Shown one piece after another: positions 19,870-28,228 of a DNA stretch of 28,228 nucleotides. Each line of letters begins with the position of its first letter. Position 1 is the first letter of the stretch. The notes beneath the pieces were generated by a model. That model was given only the letters and a program-made list of their open reading frames with translations, searched no databases and had not been told where the DNA came from. A program made the position numbers and the translations under genes. The DNA is from Macrostomum lignano (lineage: Eukaryota): assembly GCA_002269645.1 (NCBI GenBank), contig NIVC01005030.1:1-28228 (forward strand), written 5' to 3'.

Positions 19870-20660
19870 GGAGTGACAGGGGAGGCTGTGAAGTGACAGT
19901 GAAGGCTGTGGAGTGACAGTGAAGGCTGTGGAGTGACAGGAGGCTGTGGAGTCACAGGGAATGCTGTGGAGTGACAGGTGAGGCAGCAGGAAGACAGGTG
20001 AGACAGCAGGGAGACAGGTGAGACAGCAGGGAGACAGGTGAGGCAGCAGGAAGACAGGTGAGACAGCAGGGAGACAGGTGAGGCAGCAGGGAGACAGGTG
20101 AGGCAGCAGGGAGACAGGTGAGACAGCAGGGAGACAGGTGAGACAGCAGGGAGACACGTGAGGCAGCAGGGAGACAGGTGAGGCAGCAGGGAGACAGGTG
20201 AGGCAGCAGGGAGACAGGTGAGACAGTAGGGAGACAGGTGAGGCAGCAGGGAGACAGGTGAGACAGCAGGGAGACAGGTGAGACAGCAGGGAGACAGGTG
20301 AGGCAGCAGGGAGACAGGTGAGGCAGCAGGGAGACAGGTGAGGCAGCAGGGAGACAGGTGAGTCAGCAGGGAGACAGGTGAGACAGCAGGGAGACAGGTG
20401 AGGCAGCAGGGAGACAGGTGAGGCAGCAGGGAGACAGGTGAGGCAGCAGGGAGACAGGTGAGGCAGCAGGGAGACAGGTGAGACAGCAGGGAGACAGGTG
20501 AGGCAGCAGGGAGACAGGTGAGGCAGCAGGGAGACAGGTGAGGCTGCAGGAAGACAGGTGAGGCAGCAGGGAGACAGGTGAGACAGCAGGAAGACAGGTG
20601 AGACAGCAGGGAGACAGGTGAGGCAGCACGGAGACAGGTGAGGCAGCAGGGACAGGTGTG
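19870..20660. repeat. Compound 20-bp minisatellite (gtgacagtgaaggctgtgga, then ~34x gacaggtgaggcagcaggga)
   Basis: Fills most of the 919-bp last VPS26 intron (20732-19814). Confidence 0.97.
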
Positions 20661-20732
20661 ACAGCAGATTGATGAGACAGTTAGGTAATACCGGAGTACC
20701 GCAATACCTAGCTAGAGAAGCACAACTCTCAC

Positions 20733-21216
20733 CTGCTGTTTAAAGTACCTCCTGTCCTCCTCATCGATAAGCACGAGATTAAGAAAGTAGCGCACAGAGA
20801 ATCTCTTATTTACGTCTCGCATAGTAGGCGTGAGTTCGTAGCCACTGAGAAACAGCCTAATAGGTATAGTCTCGCCTTTCACCGGAGCTCCGTCCATGAT
20901 TTCAAATTTGGCAACGGTCTCGCAGTCGCTCATACTGTTTGGCCCGACTCCAACTAACTCTCTGCGCAGAATTTGCACCTCCATGTGGCGCACCTTGATT
21001 CTAACTAAAAGGAAGTAGATTTTACCAATTATGGCGTCCTTCAAATGATATTTCGACTTGTTGTATTCGAATTCAATGTGCAGACAGTCCTCTATGCCGA
21101 CTTCCATCTTGATGCCGCCAAGCGTGTCGGGGTACTGGGCCAGCGTGTGCACCAGGAAGTCCTGCTCTTTAACTAGATCGTTCAGCCGCTTAGTGACCGT
21201 GACTCTGATGAAGTAC
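20733..21216 (-). CDS. VPS26: VPS26 coding exon (core arrestin-fold region)
   Basis: Acceptor tttatcag|G; encodes [20 protein letters not shown]...[26 protein letters not shown]...[19 protein letters not shown]...[11 protein letters not shown]; donor CAG|gtgaga. 484 nt. Confidence 0.97.
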
Positions 21217-21431
21217 CTGATAAATTTATTATTGATAGCTAAGATATAGCCAATAGCTTGCAATACCTAGGAACCGTCTCGATGAAAACGGTACCTTAGG
21301 CCAAGAAGCATCCCATGGAGTCGTTGCAGGGTAACACAGGTAAGATAGGATGAAAGAAGTGACTCTATACGACTCTAAAACACAGATAGATGGGCCACCC
21401 AGGCATATATACTTAGTAAAACAGCTTTCTA

Positions 21432-22101
21432 CTTTCAGTTCAGTAGCAAAGAAGAATACATAAGCTATTTCATAAAAATAAAAGCAGCTTTGATAAGTTT
21501 AGAAGCCCAAGCTTGCAGGCGCGTAAACAGCTTGCTAATTGGTTCAGTAATAATGTACATTAGCCAGTCTACTGAAATGTACATGGCAGCTTTAGGCTGG
21601 AATTCCGAGACAGGCAATAAAAATTGGGGCGGGGAGTAGTTTGGAAAGGCGCGGTTGGAGGGTTTAAGCTAGGAGGGGTAAGAGCTAATAAATTAAATGA
21701 TCCTATCTAACCTACGAAGGGGGGCCGTAGCCCAGTGGTAGCGCAGGCTCTGGTGTGCCAGCGACCCAGGCTCGATTCCAAGTGCAGTCACATTAATTTG
21801 GGGCTGAATTGGAATCTCGGCTTGGCTCTGCTCGTGCAATTAGCGGCCTTGAGAGCCAACCCCCCAAGGCGCAGTGAAGTGTACATGCCTAACGATAAAA
21901 AAAGTTAGGGCCGCTGTACACTCCTGTGTGAGTGTGTGCCTGCGTACGTATCCGCGCGCTTGTGTGCCTGCTCAGGGGAGTCGGCGGAATGGGCAGTAAT
22001 GCCTCTCGCCGGTTGTGTGCCTATGTCGCTTAAAGTGCGCCAGGGTGCACACAACCCCCCTGCCTCTAATAAAAAAATCTAACCTACTACTGAACTGAAA
22101 G
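21432..22101. mobile_element. Putative Tc1/mariner-type MITE hosting the SINE
   Basis: Perfect 15-bp inverted repeats CTTTCAGTTCAGTAG (21432-21446) and CTACTGAACTGAAAG (22087-22101), each flanked by TA (21430-31, 22102-03). About 300 bp once the SINE is removed. Confidence 0.65.
21716..22076 (+). mobile_element. tRNA-derived SINE, full-length copy
   Basis: A box TAGCCCAGTGG (21728-21738) and B-box-like GGCTCGATTCC (21769-21779). 3' hairpin GTGCGCCAGGGTGCAC and A-rich tail. Flanked by an 11-bp direct repeat ATCTAACCTAC (21705-21715 and 22077-22087). A second copy lies at 22731. Confidence 0.88.
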
Positions 22102-22427
22102 TAGCTTACACGCAAATGTGCTGAGTGGCCCATCTAGTTATTCTAGTATCGGTACTCTAAAACGACGAGATGTAAAAAAGTCGTCCGAGCGTGTCTGAGG
22201 CGTGCCAGAGTCGCTGTACGTAAAATCACTGAGTTTGCGTCTAAAGCGCATCTTCATCACTTTATGAATTCGAACTCCATGTAGTCTACTTGAGTTAGCA
22301 GAAAGTTTAAGCGCTGACACAACGATTGTTGGGTGACTTAACGCTTTGATTCATCCCCAGATAGTCACCAAATGAGGTGTTAGCAATGACTCATTTAGCG
22401 ATTGTCGTACCAACTTGTTTGCCTTAC

Positions 22428-22584
22428 CTGAGCTTGACATTGACGCCAAAATAGCTCTCGTATGGTTTCTCAACGCTGACAAATTCGAACTCCAGACAGC
22501 AGCTCTGAGTTAGAATGCCCGGCCTAGCCAGCTCCCTAGCCATAGACAGAAACTCGTGCTGGCTGCTACGATCGGAAAATTGCT
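22428..22584 (-). CDS. VPS26: VPS26 coding exon (absent from ORF track)
   Basis: Acceptor gcgcag|AG; encodes (E)QFSDRSSQHEFLSMARELARPGILTQSCCLEFEFVSVEKPYESYFGVNVKL(R), including the VEKPYESY.G.NV.LR motif; donor AG|gtaagg. 157 nt; phases fit both neighbouring exons. Confidence 0.95.
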
Positions 22585-22730
22585 CTGCGCGTTGTGTGAA
22601 ACAGATTATATTACTATTAGTAAGACTAAATGCGAGTTGAAATTTTAAAAACTTACAAGAAACAATCGGATGAATTAAGAAAATTTCGACCCAAATTTCA
22701 ATAAGTTTAATGCGTTTGGTAAAATTATCC

Positions 22731-23029
22731 TAGTGGTCTAGTGCGGCGCTCTGGTGTACCAGCGGCCCAAGCTCGATTCAGATTAACGCCATTGAGGGGC
22801 CGAGGGCCAACCCCCAAGGCACAATGAAGTGTACATCCGGTAACATGCCTAACGATAAATAAAGTCACGGCAGCTGTGCACTCCTGTGTGTGTGTGTGCC
22901 TGTGCTTATGACTGCATGTGTGCCTGCTCAGGGGAGTCGGCGGAATGGGCAGCGATATGCCTCACGCTGGTTGTGTGACAATGTCGCTTAAAGTGCGCCA
23001 GGGTGCACACAACCCCCTGCCTCTAATAA
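22731..23029 (+). mobile_element. Second, 5'-eroded and internally deleted copy of the same SINE
   Basis: Shares gctcgattc, gccaacccccaaggc, aacgataaa, tgcctgctcaggggagtcggcggaatgggcag and the terminal atgtcgcttaaagtgcgccagggtgcacacaacccc(c)ctgcctctaataa with the 21716 copy. No TSD is visible. Confidence 0.85.
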
Positions 23030-23166
23030 GAGAAATAAAGAGATAAGATGAGAGGGGAGAGGAAAGAAGAGAGTTGAAGAGACATAGACCGTGAGCAGGC
23101 TGGATAGAGAGGCTGCAAATGAAAGAGTATATATACTACATAAACAATAAATAACAACATTCTCAC

Positions 23167-23377
23167 CAATAAGTCCAAGCAGTTCAACCCTAATTCCATA
23201 GTGCTCCATCTTGCTCTGCTTCAATCGAATGTTAACCTTGCCGCTGACTGCTTCGCCATCAAAGTACACTGGGCAGGCCTCTTTTTTGCCACTATCCAGC
23301 AGAACGTCACCTTTTTGCCGGTCATCAGAGCCATCCAGATGGATTTCCAGGTCGGCACTCGGGCCGAAGAGAAAGTT
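23167..23377 (-). CDS. VPS26: VPS26 retromer subunit, first recognisable coding exon
   Basis: Encodes NFLFGPSADLEIHLDG...YFDGEAVSGKVNIRLKQSKMEHYGIRVELLGLI (VPS26 FG..EI...DGE.VSGKV...EH.GI motif), with donor ATT G|gtgaga. The 5' edge is either the acceptor aaacag|AAC at 23377 or an in-frame ATG at 23395. Confidence 0.9.
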
Positions 23378-25538
23378 CTGTTTATTGTTTTTCATATATT
23401 AACAATGGATATGCGGCCAAGTGTTTAGCTAGCAGGTCAAATGATTACCACATTGGTTACTGTTCTGTTCTTCCTACTGAAATATATGAGCTCATACATA
23501 AAAATGATCAATTTTCTAATATATTTGCACATAGCTAGATTGAATAGGCTAAGTCAAGAATTGTAAATGCATGACTATGCAAAGTATATTATCAAATGGG
23601 TTAAAGTCAAACAATTAGTTTGTATTAATTTCATGTCTTGATGTCTACAGTGTTTTATTCAAGTATATCACAGGTTATTTTGTTGAATCTTATCTAGATC
23701 TTAACTTTTGAAAAGAAAAAAGAAAATTTTTGTTAGACTATATCACTTTTTTCATATGGCATATAAGAGTGGAGATAAGACAATACCAATGCATCTTTAC
23801 TATATCATTAAAATACATTAATGTTTGACATCAGGCCAAAAAATTTGTCATGCCAGTTTCACACTATAAATTCAAATTTAGGGTGCCAAATAAAATTTTG
23901 AGGTGCCAGGGTAACCATTTGGCACAAAAAACCTAGTTTAGCAGATTCTTTATGTTGTGCTGTGCACAGCCATTGTATACCACAAAATTATTTATATATA
24001 ATTATATATAATATAAAGTATAAGAGTAACTAAAAATATAAATCATGCCATTTCTATAACTTTTTAAACAAAAATATGTATGTTTGTTTTAGTTCACTTA
24101 GCCTGACTTAGGTCTATCCTATAGGCCAGGTGTGGATCCAGAAAATTTTGAATGGGGGCTGTGAATGAATGCCCTTTCTCCTCTTTTCCCTGGATTGAAT
24201 TTAGCAATAGTTAGACAGTTTCTTGCTACTTGGACATGCTACCAGAAGTATTGTTGAAGTATATTCCTCATAGTAAGAAAATGATATTTTGCAATTGTAA
24301 AAAGTGCACATTTAATTATTTTTCAACTTATCTGTATGTCTATCTATCTATTATTGATTTTTTCAAGAAATGTCGAGCTAATTTTTTCAAATTACCTTTA
24401 AAAAATTTCTAATTTGTGGAGAGGATGCATAACTTTTTTTATAAAAAATTCAAATATGAAGTTGTTCAAACATTTAAAAAAAAGATTTTTTATTGCTTTT
24501 AATAGATGCTCTGTTTCTAAATTTAATAATGTTTAGTTCAACCATTTCGGCCTCTCTTTGGCCAATGGACAGTGTAGGATATATATTCAAAACAAAGCTA
24601 AAGGAGTTTTATGACCTTTCATGCAGTGGGCTTGCAATTTGTGGGGTTGGTTGAATTTCATAAGCTCAGACAGTGCCATAAGCTCACTCAGACCAGAAGT
24701 TAGTTATAGTTTAGTCCAATCACTCAGTCTAGATTGACCAGTAGATTAATACATGCGCTAATAGAAGATATATATATGCTACTAGAAGTACAACATCTAT
24801 AAAAATACAAGTATTATAGGAACTATTAGTACAACTTTGGAGACTTAATGGAGATTTTAATAAAGAGAAGTTTAGCCATGTGACAACTTAGTGGCAGTTT
24901 ATAAGATTATATTAGAGACAGAAATAACCCTTACATCTCTTTCAATGTTTGAATTTTTTATTTGAATGCCTACCATTGGGGGCTTAGTGTCATAATATGA
25001 GCTATATTTACTATTTAGCAACATTGAAAAGTCATAGTTGCTATCACAGAAGATTATATCTATAGCTGCCCTTTTTGAAGATGCAGGTAAAGTCTATCTA
25101 TCTTTGCAAGTGATACAACTTGCTATATTGTGGCAAGCTTGAGTTGAGAAATAAAGTGGGGCCGAGTGGATACAGTGTACAATATAAGGCCATAGTTTGG
25201 ATCATATATTAGTGTATACCTGGTTAAATGCTAGAAAAATGATGAGATCTTGTTTATATGCAATGCCAGGTTTATGCACCAATACAAAAAATGTGTCATT
25301 TGACACAATGTATCTGCTGTATCATGTATGCTAGGATATACCCTGATGTATGCAAAAAATGGTAAGACCCTTATTATACACTGGGAAATCCTAGCATACA
25401 TATTGCTTTCCAAACTATAGGTGAGGGTTTTGTTGGATGAATTAAAGCTACCTAATCAGTTTTTTATATCGTTTTTAGAATAGTCTAAGAGAAATTGCTT
25501 ACTAGAATATAGAGTGATTACTTTTCAATGTTGCTAAG

Positions 25539-25932
25539 TAGAGGTTGGATGGGATCCCAATCCTGATCCCGAAATCTCAGGATCCAGAGGAAAATTGGAT
25601 TCCCGTGGGACTAGAATCCTGACCCTAAAAAACACGAGAAATGGGAATAGGTCTTTTTTTTAAATTTATAGAATTAGTGATTACTTGAATGTATTTTGTT
25701 TTACCTTGTACTCATTACATTATTAATTTGTTGGTTACAAAACTTTGCATCAATTTTGTTGTATTCTACTTTATGATGTTGACATTTTAGCTCAATTTTG
25801 TTTAACTTTATATAGACCTATAAGCTACAATACACTAAAAGACCTGATCCCGATTCCCGAATCCTGATCCCGAGAAAAAAATTATACCCGATCCCGATCC
25901 CACCCGAAGATTTCAATCCTGTCTGACCTCTA
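25539..25932. mobile_element. hAT-type non-autonomous element (MITE)
   Basis: 8-bp TSD TTGCTAAG (25531-25538, 25933-25940). Imperfect 17-bp TIRs TAGAGGTTGGATGGGAT / TAGAGGTCAGACAGGAT (13/17). Subterminal GATCCC(G) repeats. 394 bp. Confidence 0.85.
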
Positions 25933-25962
25933 TTGCTAAGTATATACAAGCATACACATGTG

Positions 25963-26118
25963 CGACTTTGGGAATCACCTGGCCGTTTCTATTGGCAATG
26001 GCAACACATACATGTAGGTCACTATTGGCTAAGAGCAGTCATGTGACTACTATTCCGTCCAATAGCAACTTACTTGTATATTTTGCCAATAGAAATGGCC
26101 AAGTGAATCTCAAGGTTG
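25963..26118. mobile_element. Short palindromic MITE-like element
   Basis: About 36-bp imperfect inverted arms (cgactttgggaatcacctggccgtttctattggcaa / ttgccaatagaaatggccaagtgaatctcaaggttg). A partial second copy lies at about 27125-27202. TSD is not clear. Confidence 0.6.
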
Positions 26119-26388
26119 TGCCCAAGCATGTATAAGCAATACAAATTTTCATGCTTTCAATGTTTGATTTTTGAATTTTAATGCCCCTATGAGGACTCTT
26201 TGAGGCCATAATAAGCTAGTTATAACTAAACTAAACTTGTATTGTTAAATGTTTCATATTATAATAAATATGCTTTCATGTTCATTTAAGTTGAAAAAAT
26301 AATGAAACAAGCTGCTTTATAATTGCCAAATATTTTCCCTAATTCTAAGAAATTCCTAGTCTCTTAGAACAAATTTAGTAATAGTTAA

Positions 26389-26834
26389 GGCAGTTGTTAT
26401 TTGTCCAGTGACCGGACGAATAGTGATGTGATTATTTGTCCAGTTACTTGATAATGGCCATGCTTTCCTATTTATCTGGTTAATACTAGACAAATAGGCT
26501 TTTTATTATTTGTCCGGTTAAATTGATAATGCTAAAATATCTATTTTATAGAAACTACAAGGGTGAATATTCCTAGACTTCAAAGACTTCTTACTTGTAT
26601 CTTGATTATTATGTTGTTATACTAGTGTATGTCTTATATGCCAAATTATGCCGAATTGAATACACTGCTTTCTTATGTACGTACACTAGTATACAACAAA
26701 AAAATATACATGAAAAGGTCTTAAAAATCTAGAATATTCATCACGAAACAAATAGCAATTTAAAAAATTAGCAATTTAACCGGACAAATAATAAAAAGGC
26801 TATTTGTCCTGTCACCAGTCAAATAACAACTGCC
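26389..26834. mobile_element. Mutator/MULE-type non-autonomous element (MITE)
   Basis: 9-bp TSD AATAGTTAA (26380-26388, 26835-26843). GG...CC termini. 35-bp TIRs starting GGCAGTTGTTATTTG (30/35). An inner 37-bp inverted repeat (26489-26525 vs 26772-26808) has 1 mismatch. 446 bp. Confidence 0.85.
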
Positions 26835-27124
26835 AATAGTTAAAGCATACAAACAAACCTTAGAGATTTAGTATATTTGGATTATTCCCCCTAGTAGAAC
26901 TTTTAGCTATCTTGCAGGATTATTCATTAAATTAACAAATTGACATGAAACTTTCCAAAAATGAATATTTTCATTATGCCAACATTTTAGAAGTGTTTAG
27001 AAGTGTCCATATTTGTTAGTTCAAGGACTAGGCAAACCTCTTGAGGTGGCACCATGCTTGGACGCAACCTAGGGATTTACCTAGGTTGAGAGTACTGAGA
27101 GTTAAGAGGGTTAAGAGTTGAGAT

Positions 27125-27202
27125 AACTGGCTAAGAGTAGTCATGAGACTACTATTCTGTCCAATAGCAACTTATGTGTGTGTTGCCAATAGAAACAGCC
27201 AT
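27125..27202. mobile_element. Partial copy of the 25963-26118 palindromic element
   Basis: tggctaagagtagtcatgagactactattctgtccaatagcaactta...ttgccaatagaaacagcc closely matches about 26026-26100. Confidence 0.6.
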
Positions 27203-27219
27203 GTCATTAAATTTCAATA

Positions 27220-27861
27220 AAATCGAAAATCAAATTTCGAAATCGAAATCGAAATTTGCTACTTTCAAAAATCGAAATTGAAATCGAAATTTTCCGAAAT
27301 CGAAATTCAGAAAAACAAAGTTTAGTACAACCAACACTCACTTTTTGACTTTCGATTTACTGCTCATGCAAAACAAAATACATGTATGTTTAGCAGAAGT
27401 TAGTTTATTTTTAGCCACTAAATAAGTAGAATCCCTCATTGCCACTTTTAAATGCAAAAAAATTTTTCTACGCGAAAACTACATATACTTAGTTAGTTGT
27501 ACATGTATAAAATTTACAGTTAAAATGTACATGTATGCATGTACATATATACACTGTAATATGCAAAAAATATGCAATATATCAGCAGACGCTTTTGCAG
27601 CCTAAAGTGCAACAAAATTTATGAAAATTTATTTCCACAAACTACATATGTCCTACATGCATGGAACAGTTTTAACAAATTCAAATAGTTTTATATGTAA
27701 AAATCGTAATAATATCACCGATAAAAGACAGTAAAGAGTTCTAAAAAACGAAAATCAGGCAAAAATTTTGACTTCCAATTTTTTCCGAAATCAAAATTCA
27801 CTCTAAAAAAATCTGAATTTTGGAAAATCGAAATCGAAATCGAAATTTTGGAACATCTCTA
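27220..27861. mobile_element. hAT-like MITE remnant with AATCGA subterminal repeats
   Basis: Clusters of (A)AATCGA hexamers at 27220-27305 and 27825-27845. The right end ...GGAACATCTCTA (TAGAGATG.. on the minus strand) resembles the TAGAG hAT end at 25539. Left TIR and TSD not found. Confidence 0.45.
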
Positions 27862-28228
27862 TTAGACGTACCTTTTGGCGTGACGCCATGGTGTAAATCA
27901 TAAAAACTGTAAAACTCATAAGAAAAATAAAAATTTAAAATTCCACGCAAACTATTCGTGTAAGTTTCTAAAAAAACTTAAACAAAAAATATGATGTTAA
28001 CTAGTGCGTTGTATTTGGTGAGTGAAGCGGGTAAAGTAGAGGTGTTTATAATGTAGGCAAAAATGTATAACACGCAAAAAAGGTCATTTATTGTCGTAAA
28101 GCCTAGAAAACCTGGCATAAGTTCCTAGGACCTTGGTGTACATTTCAGTATGAAGTGGTGTAGATTTTTTAGGGGGGACTTTTTATTCTGGCATATACCA
28201 TGACATGATCCTAACTATGGCACCAGGG

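Noticed and set aside
19495-20629. ORFs 19495-19809(+), 19504-20157(-), 19620-19955(-), 20363-20629(-)
   Set aside because: Wrong-frame readings of the last VPS26 exon and the 20-bp repeat.
21719-21790. Functional tRNA gene
   Set aside because: A and B boxes are present, but I could not fold a proper acceptor stem or cloverleaf. It continues into a repeated body with tail and TSD, so it is a SINE head.
27107-27114. piggyBac-like end AGGG|TTAA
   Set aside because: No matching TTAA|CCCT left end found in the window.

Overview
This is eukaryotic (invertebrate animal) genomic DNA; I found no prokaryotic genes, CRISPR arrays or rRNA. Two spliced genes lie on the minus strand. (1) A complete three-exon Cdx/caudal ParaHox homeobox gene: 11846-11051, 7299-7151, 4648-4220 (457 aa, divergent homeodomain, poly-Ala/poly-Gln). 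(2) A VPS26 retromer subunit gene: 23377-23167, 22584-22428, 21216-20733, 19813-19517, with an unresolved start codon. The rest is at least 11 unrelated minisatellite or simple-repeat arrays, a decayed mariner transposon, two copies of a tRNA-derived SINE, and several non-autonomous DNA transposons with recognisable TIRs/TSDs. The repeat load and GC-rich poly-Ala exons suggest a Macrostomum-like flatworm, but that is inference only. Most long ORFs in the supplied track are artefacts of the repeats. The most interesting signals are: a TCF/LEF + Helper-site (Wnt-response) module upstream of Cdx; a possible spliced-leader-donated start codon for VPS26; minisatellites abutting every Cdx splice site, some made of splice-acceptor-like units; and a SINE nested in a MITE.
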